DNA from: Marinilabilia sp. UBA5340 | Lineage (GTDB): Bacteria > Bacteroidota > Bacteroidia > Bacteroidales > Marinilabiliaceae | Assembly: GCA_002411085.1 (NCBI GenBank) | Contig: DHQK01000129.1 | Span: forward strand, 35,977-99,976 | Direction of reading: 5' to 3' | DNA: 64,000 nucleotides | Shown: positions 39,561-51,339 of the stretch, piece by piece | Position numbering within the stretch: the first letter of the stretch is position 1 | Layout: every line of letters starts with the position of its first letter | The notes under the pieces: generated by a model | What the model was told of the DNA's origin: nothing | Databases searched by the model: none | The model's input: the letters and a program-made list of their open reading frames with translations, nothing else | Translations under genes and position numbers: made by a program

Positions 39561-39689
39561 GGCTGTCCAAAAAGCCCAGTTTTTATGTCATTCTGAGTTT
39601 GCCGAAGAATCTGTTTGTTTGAAAGACAGATGTTTCGACTTCGCTCAACATGACACTTCTTTAGTGCTTTATACTTTTTGGACAACGCC
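39561..39689. mobile_element. Putative ~130-bp non-autonomous MITE-like element with an internal REP-like palindrome
   Basis: Terminal inverted repeats TGTCCAAAAAG (39564-39574) and CTTTTTGGACA (39674-39684); inner imperfect palindrome TGTCATTCTGAG...CTCAACATGACA (39586-39655). Confidence 0.6.
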
Positions 39690-40146
39690 ACTTCATTCGT
39701 CTGTTAATTATTCTGCGTTTTTGATCGAAATTATTTATTTCTGCTATTTTTTCATAGTTTGATGTTTAAGGTTATTATGCATCTTTTTTTGAATGGTGAA
39801 AGGCTGTTCAGGTCATTGTATTTTGTGTTGAATTACAAAATTAAGAACTTTCTGATGACTATCCCGGCCATTTTTGTTACCTCAGCAGTTTTCAATCCGC
39901 AAAGTGAGATCGGCTTCTTGAAAAAGCCTTAGGCTGGGTTTTTGATGAGCTTATTTTCACGTGTGTCAGATTCGTTGTGTTTTTTTGAAATTTTTGATCC
40001 CATTTTTTATGCTTTAAATGGGTATTTGGGTGTTGGTAAAATTACTATTTTGTTCCGGAAATCTCTATTTTCCCTAAATTCCAAATGGAAAAACAGAGGA
40101 AGAATTGTAACTTTGTCAGTTGGTACTGAAAAAATAGCAGTTGGAT

Positions 40147-41418
40147 ATGGTCAATATACAGCAAATCAAGCAAAGGTTTGGAATTATCGGTAACTCCGAA
40201 GCGCTCAACAGGGCTATAGATGTGGCTGTTCAGGTGGCCCCTACCGATTTGTCGGTTCTTATTACCGGTGAAAGTGGAACGGGTAAGGAATCTTTTCCAC
40301 AAATCATACATCAGCATAGTATCCGGAAACATGGAGCTTATGTGGCTGTAAATTGTGGTGCCATTCCTGAAGGAACTATTGATTCAGAGTTGTTTGGTCA
40401 TGAGAAAGGTGCTTTTACCGGAGCTTATTCAGACCGAAAAGGTTACTTTGAGGAGGCCAATGATGGAACAATATTTCTTGATGAAATTGGAGAGTTACCA
40501 CTGGCCACCCAGGTAAGGCTCCTGCGTGTACTCGAAACAGGAGAGTTTATGCGTGTGGGATCCTCTCGTATACTCAAAACCAATGTCCGGGTGGTGGCTG
40601 CAACTAACGTAAACCTGGAGAAGGCTATTCAGGAAGGACAATTTAGAGAAGACTTGTTTTATCGTCTCAATTCTGTACCTATAATTATTCCTCCTTTGCG
40701 CAACAGAGCAGAAGATATCTACCTCTTGTTTCGTAAATTTGCCTCCGATTTTGCCGATCGTTACAGAATGCCGGCTGTTAAGCTGGATGAGAGTGCCCGT
40801 GAAATGCTGGAGCGGTACCGATGGCCCGGGAATATAAGGCAATTAAAAAACATAACCGAGCAGATTTCTATTATTGAAAAAGAGCGGGTGCTGACCGCCC
40901 GTGATTTGGAAAAGTACCTTCCTTTTCATTCCGGAGATAACCTGCCTGCCATTGTTGGTGATAAAGGAAATGCCAGAGGCGCTGACTTTTCTACCGAAAG
41001 AGAAATTTTGTATAAGGTGCTGTTCGATATGAAGCGGGATATGAATGATCTGAAAAAGCTGGTACTGGAAATTATGCAACATGGCAATGATGTGAGTCTG
41101 AACGGTGAAAATGCAGAGATTATTCAGAATCTGTATCAGGAAACCGGCGAGGAATTGCATCGAGCAGCTCCACTGGTCAATCAGGGGGCTATGGTGCCAT
41201 ACAATAGCAATAATCAGCCGCAATCATCGGAAGAACATCACATTGAAGATACCGAAGAGTTTGTGGAGGAGTCCCTTTCACTTGAAGATAAAGAGGTTGA
41301 GCTCATACAAAAAGCCTTGGAAAAACATGGTGGTAGACGAAAAAATGCCGCCAAAGATCTGGGGATTTCGGAACGCACTTTGTATCGCAAAATTAAAGAA
41401 CATAATATCGATGGATAA
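40147..41418 (+). CDS. Sigma54-dependent transcriptional activator (AAA+ plus Fis HTH, no N-terminal sensor domain)
   Basis: GESGTGKE, SELFGHEKGAFTGA, FLDEIGEL, FREDLFYRL, WPGNIRQL and AAKDLGISERTLYRK motifs; TAACTTTG at 40108-40115. Confidence 0.93.
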   Translation: MVNIQQIKQRFGIIGNSEALNRAIDVAVQVAPTDLSVLITGESGTGKESFPQIIHQHSIRKHGAYVAVNCGAIPEGTIDSELFGHEKGAFTGAYSDRKGYFEEANDGTIFLDEIGELPLATQVRLLRVLETGEFMRVGSSRILKTNVRVVAATNVNLEKAIQEGQFREDLFYRLNSVPIIIPPLRNRAEDIYLLFRKFASDFADRYRMPAVKLDESAREMLERYRWPGNIRQLKNITEQISIIEKERVLTARDLEKYLPFHSGDNLPAIVGDKGNARGADFSTEREILYKVLFDMKRDMNDLKKLVLEIMQHGNDVSLNGENAEIIQNLYQETGEELHRAAPLVNQGAMVPYNSNNQPQSSEEHHIEDTEEFVEESLSLEDKEVELIQKALEKHGGRRKNAAKDLGISERTLYRKIKEHNIDG

Positions 41419-41422
41419 TAAT

Positions 41423-41941
41423 ATGAACGGACGAATGAAACAAATATCGGCCTCTTTTGCCGTAATCCTTTTGCTGGGATTGCAGGGGTGTGCAATTCAG
41501 GTTACTTTTGATGGAGCCTCTATTCCGGAAAATGTAAATACAGCTTCGGTGCAGTTATTTGAAAACCGGGCAGCTTATGTAAACCCTACATTGAGTCAGA
41601 CTTTTACAGAAGAGTTAAAAGACAGGATTATCAACGGGTCAAGACTCACGCTTGCCGAAGGAACCGGAGATGTGGATTTTTCAGGCGAGATAACCGGTTA
41701 CGATACTGAACCCCTGGCAATTCAGGCGGATGCTGTGTCTACCGAAACACGCCTGACAGTGCGGATGAATGTAAGGTACGAAAATTTCAAAGACCCCGAG
41801 AAAAGCTGGGAGTCTTCATTTTCGTCGTATCGCGACTTTCCCAGTGAGCAAAATATTACTGCCATTGAAGGAGAACTGGTTGCAGAAATCGTAGAGGAAC
41901 TGACCGAAAATATTTTTAACAAAGCTTTCGCCGACTGGTAA
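41423..41941 (+). CDS. LptE-family lipoprotein (start uncertain: 41411, 41423 or 41435)
   Basis: Lipobox LLGLQGC; GEITGY, RLTVRMNVRY and IFNKAFADW typical of Bacteroidota LptE-like proteins; synteny. Confidence 0.78.
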   Translation: MNGRMKQISASFAVILLLGLQGCAIQVTFDGASIPENVNTASVQLFENRAAYVNPTLSQTFTEELKDRIINGSRLTLAEGTGDVDFSGEITGYDTEPLAIQADAVSTETRLTVRMNVRYENFKDPEKSWESSFSSYRDFPSEQNITAIEGELVAEIVEELTENIFNKAFADW

Positions 41942-41952
41942 AATGATTTTTT

Positions 41953-42993
41953 ATGGCCCGCATGCGTTTGATTGATTATTTATCCCATCCTGAAAAGCTG
42001 GACGAGAAATCTTTAGACTCCCTGAAGGAGGCACTGGATACTTATCCCTTCTTTCAGGCCGGACGTATGTTATGGGTGAAAAACCTGCACCAGCTGGATC
42101 ATATTCGGTATAACAGTGAGCTCAAACTCTCGGCAGCTTTTATTCCTGATCGTTCCAAGCTGTTTTTTCTCATTAATGATGTTTTTACGCCTTTGTCGGC
42201 ACCCGACGATCAGGAGGAGTTATCAGTAGACGGGAACGGGGAGAGGGAAAGTTCATTTTCAGAAGAATCTGAAACTGCTGGAAAAAGTGATCCCACATGG
42301 AAAAAGCCGGACGAAAAGGAGCGAACCCCCCAAGATGATTGTCCCGGAGAACATTTGCAACGTATCGTAGGAGCCGAAGCCAATTATTTTGAGGTGGATG
42401 ATTCGTTCACCACATCGAGTGGTGATCTTGTAGATTTTTCCTTGTCGCGAGCAGATGACAACGAAAAAGGTTATCAGCAGAAGGAAGAAGTTGAGGAGAA
42501 AGAAGATTTCGTGTTTCCTCAGGCCGGAGCGCTCGATTATGAGAAGGAGATCTTTACCGCGGGGTATTCGCTGGAAGAAGAAGTGCCTTCTGAGCCGGTA
42601 GATTTCAGACAGAGCCATTCTTTTTCGGAGTGGCTGGATTTGCTGAAGTACCGGACTCTTGAGTCCGAAGAGGAGAAGTCAGTGACGGAGCCTTCTGAGA
42701 GGAAGAAGCCCGGTAAGATGGATCTTATAGATAACTTCCTGAGCAGTGGAGGTCATCAGAAAAGGATTGTTCCGGGGAAAGCCAGGGACGATACCAATAA
42801 GGATTTTTCTGCCGGGAGTGTTGTCGAGAGTGAAGATTTGATGACAGAAACCCTGGCCAACATTCATATCAAGCAGGAAAGATATCAGAAAGCAGTAGAG
42901 ATATTCGAGCGTTTGCGTTTGAAATATCCCGAAAAAAGTGTTTACTTTGCACGTCGTATAAAAGAAATGGAAGATCTTATTAATAATCAGTAA
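41953..42993 (+). CDS. Conserved Bacteroidota protein with acidic linker and C-terminal TPR-like helices
   Basis: N-terminal YPFFQ; C-terminal MTETLANIHIKQERYQKAVEIF...YPEKSVYFA; lies between lptE and secG. Confidence 0.75.
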   Translation: MARMRLIDYLSHPEKLDEKSLDSLKEALDTYPFFQAGRMLWVKNLHQLDHIRYNSELKLSAAFIPDRSKLFFLINDVFTPLSAPDDQEELSVDGNGERESSFSEESETAGKSDPTWKKPDEKERTPQDDCPGEHLQRIVGAEANYFEVDDSFTTSSGDLVDFSLSRADDNEKGYQQKEEVEEKEDFVFPQAGALDYEKEIFTAGYSLEEEVPSEPVDFRQSHSFSEWLDLLKYRTLESEEEKSVTEPSERKKPGKMDLIDNFLSSGGHQKRIVPGKARDDTNKDFSAGSVVESEDLMTETLANIHIKQERYQKAVEIFERLRLKYPEKSVYFARRIKEMEDLINNQ

Positions 42994-43004
42994 TTAAGAA
43001 AGAT

Positions 43005-43358
43005 ATGTATCAGTTTGTTTCAGTTTTGGTAATTCTGGTCAGTATTTTGTTGGTTTTGATCGTACTAGTTCAGAATTCCAAAGGTGGTGGCCTGGCCTCT
43101 AATTTTTCGGCCTCAAATCAGGTAATGGGAGTTCGTAAAACGGCCGACTTCCTCGAAAAAGCCACTTGGACATTGGCTAGTGGTTTGCTGGTTCTTGCCT
43201 TTGTTTCCGTAATGGTACTGCCACGAGGTGAGATGCAGTCGGGATCTGCAATTGATGAAGAAATTCAAAATATGAATATGCCTTCTCAGGAATTGCCGGA
43301 TTTTGGTGTAGGTGGTGAAGATGCTGCTACCGAAGAAGCCGCCGGTGATAGCTTGTAA
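43005..43358 (+). CDS. secG: Preprotein translocase subunit SecG
   Basis: LIVLVQNSKGGGL...FLEKATW; two transmembrane segments. Confidence 0.93.
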   Translation: MYQFVSVLVILVSILLVLIVLVQNSKGGGLASNFSASNQVMGVRKTADFLEKATWTLASGLLVLAFVSVMVLPRGEMQSGSAIDEEIQNMNMPSQELPDFGVGGEDAATEEAAGDSL

Positions 43359-43384
43359 GAAGTTATACATTAAAAAAAAATGAC

Positions 43385-43417
43385 AGAGTGTCAGCAAGTG
43401 CTGACACTCTTTTTTTT
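43385..43417 (+). terminator. Intrinsic terminator after secG
   Basis: AGAGTGTCAGCA-AG-TGCTGACACTCT followed by a T-tract. Confidence 0.85.
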
Positions 43418-43593
43418 GCTTTTTTTTCGGCCTCTGGTTGGCTAATGTGTTGATTCTTAAAACCGGATTGGATACCTTTAGCTGTGATCTCCTGTAGTTG
43501 CAGCTATTTATCCAAATGACAAGTGTTCTTTCTGATCATGGTATTCGTGCAAAAATGTCTGTTTTTTCGGGACAAATGGAGTTGTCAGGCATT

Positions 43594-43609
43594 TGGCATA
43601 ATTTGTGAA
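43594..43609 (+). promoter_or_regulatory. Putative sigma54 -24/-12 promoter of groES-groEL
   Basis: TGGCAT-AATTT-GTGAA (GG-N10-GA) about 50 nt upstream of groES; imperfect -12 element. Confidence 0.45.
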
Positions 43610-43659
43610 TAAAATGGTGACGGAATAATTAATTTGTTTAACGTCTAAATGAAATAGAA

Positions 43660-43938
43660 ATGTCAACATTGAAAGGAAAAATTCTTGCCGGTAAGGTTTT
43701 GGTAAAACCACAGGCAGCCGAAGAAAAAACTTCAAGTGGAATTATCATTCCTGATTCAGCCAAAGAAAAGCCCTTGAAAGGGGAAGTGGTGCTGACCGGG
43801 GCCGACAAAAAGGATGAGCCCATGGAAGTGAAAGCCGGTGATGTGGTATTGTACGGAAAATATGCCGGAACCGAACTGAATATCGACGGTGAGGATTATT
43901 TACTCATCTCACAATCCGACATTCTTTACATCGCGTAA
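43660..43938 (+). CDS. groES: Co-chaperonin GroES
   Basis: EEKTSSGIIIPDSAKEKP and VLYGKYAGTE motifs. Confidence 0.97.
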   Translation: MSTLKGKILAGKVLVKPQAAEEKTSSGIIIPDSAKEKPLKGEVVLTGADKKDEPMEVKAGDVVLYGKYAGTELNIDGEDYLLISQSDILYIA

Positions 43939-43950
43939 CTTTAAACTTAA

Positions 43951-45609
<1,659 letters not shown>

Positions 45610-45641
45610 AAAAAATCAGACCTAAGTCTGTGGAATATTTT

Positions 45642-45666
45642 AAGGGTGCTTTTTAGCACCCTTTTT
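45642..45666 (+). terminator. Intrinsic terminator after groEL
   Basis: AAGGGTGCT-TTTT-AGCACCCTT-TTT. Confidence 0.85.
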
Positions 45667-45730
45667 GCTTTTATAATTTTTGTGAGTCTTTCTAATCCCA
45701 GTTAACTATGCTCTATTCACTATTCACCAT

Positions 45731-46693
45731 TCACCATTCTCTATTTTTATACCACTCTACAAATGATTTTAACCCTTCTTCCAGGCTGACTCCGGGTTTG
45801 TAACCCAATAGTTTTTCTGCCTTATCAATACTGGCAAAGGTGATGTTAACATCGCCGGGTTGCATAGGCAGGCGTTCAATCCTGGGAGTAGTTTCTGTAG
45901 CCTGAGCAATCTTTTCCACCAACTGACTTAATGAAACAGGATGGTTGTTGCCCAGGTTGATGGTTTCGAATACATTATTATGAGACATCAGGTATTCCAT
46001 GGTCTTGCATATACCAAATACGGTATCGCTGATAAAAGTATAATCGCGGGAGGTGGAACCATCACCAAAGAGCGTGAGCGGAGTTCCTTCAAACATCATT
46101 TTTGTGAACTTATGAATGGCCAGGTCCGGTCGTTGGCGAGGGCCAAATACCGTAAAAAAACGCATGTTTACGATGTCAATATGGTAAAGGTGGTGCCAGG
46201 TATGATTGATTAGTTCACAGGCTTTCTTTGAGAATGCATAGGGCGAAATAGGATTATCCACATTCAGCTCTTCGTGCCACGGAGTGTTGGGATTGTTGCC
46301 ATACACCGATGAAGAACTGGCAAAAGCCATTTTTTTAATTCCGTATTTTTCCATAGAACTTAAGACCACACGGGTAGCTGTTATGTTGTGTTCAATGTAG
46401 CTTTGTGGAGCCTGTATGCTGGGACGCACACCTGCTTTTCCCGCGAGATGGATCACGATATCTGCACCTTCAGAAAAAATCTTCTCTGTAGTTTCCTCAT
46501 TGGTAAGGTCGTTTTCAAAAAAAGAGAATTTTGGATGTTCAATGAATCCGGATAGATTAGATTGCTTTATTTCCGGAGGGTAAAAGGGGTCAAAGTTGTC
46601 AATTCCAAGTACTTTATGCCCTTGTTTCAGTAGTGATTCCGTTACATGAGATCCTATAAATCCGGCACATCCGGTGACTATAATTTTGTACAT
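45731..46693 (-). CDS. NAD-dependent nucleotide-sugar epimerase (UDP-glucuronate 4-epimerase-like)
   Basis: TGCAGFIG, HLAGKAGVRPS, SSSSVYG, YAFSK and FFTVFGPRQRPDLA motifs. Confidence 0.88.
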   Translation of the reverse strand: MYKIIVTGCAGFIGSHVTESLLKQGHKVLGIDNFDPFYPPEIKQSNLSGFIEHPKFSFFENDLTNEETTEKIFSEGADIVIHLAGKAGVRPSIQAPQSYIEHNITATRVVLSSMEKYGIKKMAFASSSSVYGNNPNTPWHEELNVDNPISPYAFSKKACELINHTWHHLYHIDIVNMRFFTVFGPRQRPDLAIHKFTKMMFEGTPLTLFGDGSTSRDYTFISDTVFGICKTMEYLMSHNNVFETINLGNNHPVSLSQLVEKIAQATETTPRIERLPMQPGDVNITFASIDKAEKLLGYKPGVSLEEGLKSFVEWYKNREW

Positions 46694-46919
46694 AAAAGGC
46701 TGTTTTTACAAAACTGCTATTTTAACCTATTTTAGCGCCATTTTCAAGAGGTTACCTGCTTTTATTTTTCCAATGCCCCGGAATCTTTGGTGAGTAGCTG
46801 AATATGTATGTTGAACAGAAGATGGGAGATTGAGTTATAGCTCTTTTGTGAATAATGCAGCTTGAAATTTAGCCGCTATCTTAGTCTCTTTTATATGAGG
46901 TTTAGCTGTAATATTTGAA

Positions 46920-46977
46920 TATCTTTGCAGCCTGAAATTGGGATAGTAGTTTTTTATCGAAGAGGCTGTTATCTTTG
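46920..46977 (+). promoter_or_regulatory. Two tandem -7 elements upstream of lepA
   Basis: TATCTTTG at 46920-46927 and at 46970-46977. Confidence 0.55.
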
Positions 46978-47027
46978 CATTAAAAGCGAAGGCTTTTGTT
47001 TTATTGTTGATAAATATTTTCTCATAT

Positions 47028-48815
47028 ATGGACCATATAAGGAACTTTTGCATCATTGCCCATATCGATCACGGAAAGAGTACGTTGGCTGACAGACTGC
47101 TGCAGAGAACTAAAACCGTTTCGGACAGGGAGTTGCTCGAGCAAACGCTTGACAGCATGGATTTGGAGCGGGAGCGGGGCATAACCATTAAGAGTCATGC
47201 TATTCAGATGCAATATCCCAAGGATGATCAGGTATTCACATTGAATTTAATTGACACCCCGGGGCACGTGGATTTCTCTTACGAGGTTTCACGATCTATT
47301 GCTGCATGCGAGGGGGCTTTGCTTATTGTGGATGCCACTCAGGGAATTCAGGCCCAGACCATCAGTAATCTCTATCAGGCCGTTGATCACGATTTGACTA
47401 TTATACCTGTTCTCAATAAAATGGACATGGATAGTGCTATGCCAGAGGAGGTTGAGGATCAGATAATTGATCTTATTGGGTGCGACCGAAGTGAAATTAT
47501 CCGTGCCAGTGGAAAAACCGGAATGGGGGCTGATGAAATACTGGAAGCCATTGTTGAGCGAATAGCCCCGCCTGTAGGTGATCCCAAAGGCCCTTTGCAG
47601 GCCCTTATCTTCGACTCGGTATTTAATAGCTTCCGAGGTATTATTGCTTACTTTAAAGTTGTCAACGGGGAAATTCGCAAAGGAGATAAAGTAAAGTTTG
47701 TCAACACCGGAAAACAATACGAAGCGGATGAAATAGGGGTTCTGAAACTGGGAATGATTCCAAGGGATGTCCTGAAAACCGGTGATGTGGGGTATATCAT
47801 TTCAGGAATAAAAACCAGCAAGGAAGTTAAAGTAGGAGATACCATTACCCACGTGGATAGACCATGCTCCAAAGCTATTTCCGGTTTTGAGGAGGTGAAG
47901 CCTATGGTTTTTGCAGGTGTTTATCCCATCGATACTGACGATTACGAAGATTTGCGTGTGGCTATTGAAAAACTACAGCTTAATGATGCATCTCTCACTT
48001 TTCAGCCCGAATCATCTGTAGCTCTTGGATTTGGGTTTCGGTGTGGCTTTTTGGGGATGCTGCACATGGAGATCGTTCAGGAACGGCTTGACCGGGAGTT
48101 TGATATGGATGTGATTACCACTGTTCCAAACGTACCTTACAAGGTGTTTACCAAGCAGGATGAAGTTCTGGAAGTGCATAACCCCTCAGGACTTCCCGAG
48201 CCGACGGTTATTGATCATGTGGAAGAACCTTTTATTCGTGCTCAGATAATAACCCAGGCTGACTTTATTGGCCCCATAATGAGTCTGTGTCTTAATAAGC
48301 GCGGAGAGTTAGTCAATCAACACTATCTTACGGCCGATCGTGTGGAGTTGAGTTACGATATGCCGCTTGCTGAAATTGTTTTTGATTTTTATGATAAACT
48401 CAAAAGTATTTCCAAAGGCTACGCTTCGTTTGATTACTATACCACCGGCTATCGTACATCTAAACTGGTTCGGCTTGATGTTCTGTTGAATGGTGAGCCC
48501 GTTGATGCCCTTTCGACACTTACGCATTTCGATAATGCTTATCCTTTTGGGCGCAGAATGTGTGAAAAACTGAAAGAGCTAATCCCTCGTCAGCAATTTG
48601 ATGTAGCTATCCAGGCGGCTATCGGTGCCAAGATTATTGCCCGGGAAACAGTGAAAGCACTGCGGAAAGATGTGACAGCTAAGTGCTACGGAGGCGATAT
48701 TTCAAGGAAACGCAAGTTGTTGGAGAAACAAAAGAAAGGAAAAAAACGGATGAAGCAGGTAGGGAATGTGGAAGTGCCCCAAAAAGCTTTTCTTTCTGTG
48801 TTGAAACTGGATTAA
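47028..48815 (+). CDS. lepA: Elongation factor 4 LepA
   Basis: [31 protein letters not shown] and [14 protein letters not shown] motifs. Confidence 0.99.
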   Translation: MDHIRNFCIIAHIDHGKSTLADRLLQRTKTVSDRELLEQTLDSMDLERERGITIKSHAIQMQYPKDDQVFTLNLIDTPGHVDFSYEVSRSIAACEGALLIVDATQGIQAQTISNLYQAVDHDLTIIPVLNKMDMDSAMPEEVEDQIIDLIGCDRSEIIRASGKTGMGADEILEAIVERIAPPVGDPKGPLQALIFDSVFNSFRGIIAYFKVVNGEIRKGDKVKFVNTGKQYEADEIGVLKLGMIPRDVLKTGDVGYIISGIKTSKEVKVGDTITHVDRPCSKAISGFEEVKPMVFAGVYPIDTDDYEDLRVAIEKLQLNDASLTFQPESSVALGFGFRCGFLGMLHMEIVQERLDREFDMDVITTVPNVPYKVFTKQDEVLEVHNPSGLPEPTVIDHVEEPFIRAQIITQADFIGPIMSLCLNKRGELVNQHYLTADRVELSYDMPLAEIVFDFYDKLKSISKGYASFDYYTTGYRTSKLVRLDVLLNGEPVDALSTLTHFDNAYPFGRRMCEKLKELIPRQQFDVAIQAAIGAKIIARETVKALRKDVTAKCYGGDISRKRKLLEKQKKGKKRMKQVGNVEVPQKAFLSVLKLD

Positions 48816-48833
48816 TAATACAAGCAGTTACAA

Positions 48834-48877
48834 AAAACAAAAAAACGGATTGATATATCGATCCGTTTTTTTGTTTT
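48834..48877. terminator. Bidirectional terminator between lepA and rprY
   Basis: AAAAAACGGAT-TGATATATCG-ATCCGTTTTTT, with flanking A and T tracts. Confidence 0.85.
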
Positions 48878-48972
48878 AATATTTTTTCAGGCCACAACAA
48901 AAATACCCGGTCCGTAATACTTAATTTGTACCGAACCGGTTATTCTTTTGAAATATCCTAACCAAAGAAGAC

Positions 48973-49656
48973 TTAAAGAACGAGTTTATATCCTTTTCCG
49001 TGAACGTTAATGATTTCCACGGCAGGCTCATCTTTGAGGTGTTTTCTCAGTTTGGTGATATAAACGTCCATGCTTCGGGCGTTAAAGTAATTGTCATCTA
49101 CCCAGATGGTCTTTAATGCGAAGTTGCGCTCCAATACTTTGTTGGCATTGTTGCAAAGCAATTTCAGCAATTCAGATTCCTTGGTAGTCAATTTTACTAC
49201 TTTGTCACCGTCGATCAACTGTTGTTTTTGCGTGTCGAATTTGTATTTCCCCAACTGGAAAACTTCCTGGTTGGCCAGTCCGCCTTTGGTGCGGCGCAAA
49301 ATGGCTTCGATGCGGAACAACAGCTCTTCCATGCTGAAAGGCTTGGCAATGTAATCGTCGGCACCAATCTTAAAGCCTTGGAAGATATCTTCTTTCATCG
49401 ATTTTGCGGTGAGGAAGATAATGGGCACATCGGTGTTGACCATTCGTATTTCCTTGGCCAGTGTAAAGCCGTCTTTTTTGGGCATCATCACATCAAAAAT
49501 ACAGACATCGTATTTTTTGTTCATGAATGCATCATAACCCTGCTCCCCATCGGGCATCAGGTCGGTTTCGTAGCCTTTGGCCTCGAGATATTCACGAAGC
49601 AGCATACCTAAGTTCTCATCGTCTTCGGTCAGGAGAATTTTATATTCTTTTTCCAT
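48973..49656 (-). CDS. rprY: OmpR-family response regulator, RprY-like
   Basis: EDDENLGMLLREYL, DVMMPKKDG and FNARSMDVYITKLRK motifs. Confidence 0.88.
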   Translation of the reverse strand: MEKEYKILLTEDDENLGMLLREYLEAKGYETDLMPDGEQGYDAFMNKKYDVCIFDVMMPKKDGFTLAKEIRMVNTDVPIIFLTAKSMKEDIFQGFKIGADDYIAKPFSMEELLFRIEAILRRTKGGLANQEVFQLGKYKFDTQKQQLIDGDKVVKLTTKESELLKLLCNNANKVLERNFALKTIWVDDNYFNARSMDVYITKLRKHLKDEPAVEIINVHGKGYKLVL

Positions 49657-51233
49657 TCCTTGGTACTTTTAAAAGGTAAAAATATTTCAAATTTAGTGCC
49701 TGAATTCAGTTCACTTTCAACGTTTATGGTTCCTCCGTGGTCTTCTACGATTTTTTTGACGTAGGCCAGACCCAGTCCAAAACCTTTTACATTATGTATA
49801 TTGCCGGTGGGTACCCGGTAAAACTTTTCAAAGATACGCTTTAAATTGTCTTTTGAAATACCCAGGCCGTTATCTTGTATTGATATTACGATGCCACCTT
49901 TCGGACGGTTCCATGTTTTTACATGAAATATGGGTTTGCCCCTTCGGTATTTCAAGGCATTGTCCAACAAATTGTGGATGACATTGGTGAAATGGACTTC
50001 ATCCACATAAGCCGTTGGATTTTTGGCATCCAGTTTTTCAATGATCTGACCCTCTTTGTTTTCTACCTTCAGCTTAAAGTTGTTGGTTACTTTCCCAATC
50101 AGCTCATTGATGTTTACTTTTTTAATCTTCAGGCTGGCACTTCCTTTTTCAAAGATAGCCATTTGCAGGACTTTTTCAACCTGAAAACCGAGTCTTTTGC
50201 TTTCATCCTGGATAACACCCGATATATGTTTCAGACTATTAGGGCTTTTCGCCACTGAAGCATCTTTTAACATTTGTGATGCAAGAGATATGGTAGAGAT
50301 GGGTGTCTTAAATTCATGGGTCATATTATTGATGAAATCATTTTTGATTTCATCCAGACGTTTCTGCTTTACAATGATAACAATTGTAAGGATAGATGCC
50401 AAAACCATGATAAGGGTAAATACCGCACTGGGTAAAACCATTCCCATGGAATCCATGATATAATTTGGGCGCTCGGGAAAGTAGAGCTGTATATGGTTTG
50501 CTTTGGGGTGGAGGTCGTTTGGGAAAAGATATTTTTGATATATAAAGTTGGCCTCTTCTTCCTCAAAACCAGCTGTGGAGATAACCCTGTTTCCCCTGGA
50601 GTCTACAATCGAAAATTCATAAGGTAACTTTATTCCCCTGTCCTCAAATTCTTTGAGTAAAAATGCATCCACCAGCTCTCTGTCTACACGCTGACCAATG
50701 GGTTGATCATCGAAAAGGTCTTTGAGAAGCCTGGTTCGTTGCTCGTCCATTTTATTTCTGAGCTGAATTTGCATGTTGTTAAAGTAAGTTGACAGTGGAT
50801 CTGTTGTCTCAGATTTATTGAAAATCATTGGAGTTGTTTCTCTGTAAGAGAAAACGATTGAGTCCTTTCTTGAGGTAGAGAACTCGGTATTCATTTTAGA
50901 TCCCTGGATAAAAAAGTCAAAGGTAATATCCAATAATTGCGGAATTTCTTCTGTCTGGAGGGTGTTTTTTTTCCCGGAAAAATATTTATTTTCTTTCCTC
51001 AGGTTTTCCGGGAGTTTGTTGATGGGGTTGAGTTTGAGTTGAGCCCCCAGTTTGCTGGTTTCATTGATTTCAAGGCGTGAAATGACCTGATCCATCGTTT
51101 GACGGACTGTCTGGTCAAAATGTTCTTCCTTAATTTTGGTGGCGTTTTTAATCCACAGGGTTTGAATATAAATTAGCCCTGAAAGTGTGAACGCTATGAT
51201 AACGGTCAATACCCAAATGAATTTCCTGCTCAT
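49629..51233 (-). CDS. Sensor histidine kinase, RprX-like
   Basis: Two transmembrane helices; FINNMTHEFKTPI (His), NLLDNA, DNGLGI and GFGLGL boxes; overlaps the regulator. Confidence 0.9.
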   Translation of the reverse strand: MSRKFIWVLTVIIAFTLSGLIYIQTLWIKNATKIKEEHFDQTVRQTMDQVISRLEINETSKLGAQLKLNPINKLPENLRKENKYFSGKKNTLQTEEIPQLLDITFDFFIQGSKMNTEFSTSRKDSIVFSYRETTPMIFNKSETTDPLSTYFNNMQIQLRNKMDEQRTRLLKDLFDDQPIGQRVDRELVDAFLLKEFEDRGIKLPYEFSIVDSRGNRVISTAGFEEEEANFIYQKYLFPNDLHPKANHIQLYFPERPNYIMDSMGMVLPSAVFTLIMVLASILTIVIIVKQKRLDEIKNDFINNMTHEFKTPISTISLASQMLKDASVAKSPNSLKHISGVIQDESKRLGFQVEKVLQMAIFEKGSASLKIKKVNINELIGKVTNNFKLKVENKEGQIIEKLDAKNPTAYVDEVHFTNVIHNLLDNALKYRRGKPIFHVKTWNRPKGGIVISIQDNGLGISKDNLKRIFEKFYRVPTGNIHNVKGFGLGLAYVKKIVEDHGGTINVESELNSGTKFEIFLPFKSTKEWKKNIKFS

Positions 51234-51339
51234 ATTACAAAAATAACGGGTTGTTCCGGATTTTCCTTTTGATTAACATTAATTAACTCTATGTCTTGAT
51301 TTTCAGTTAATAAAGGTTTTTTTAAATGTATGGGTGACG

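Noticed and set aside
41105-41410. N-terminal extension of the 278-aa ORF overlapping the sigma54 activator
   Set aside because: The lipoprotein signal peptide begins near 41423-41435; the extension is an ORF-caller artefact.
43381-43410. GAGTG/CACTC inverted repeat upstream of groES as a CIRCE element
   Set aside because: It does not match TTAGCACTC-N9-GAGTGCTAA in order or spacing, and is followed by a T-tract, so it fits the secG terminator.
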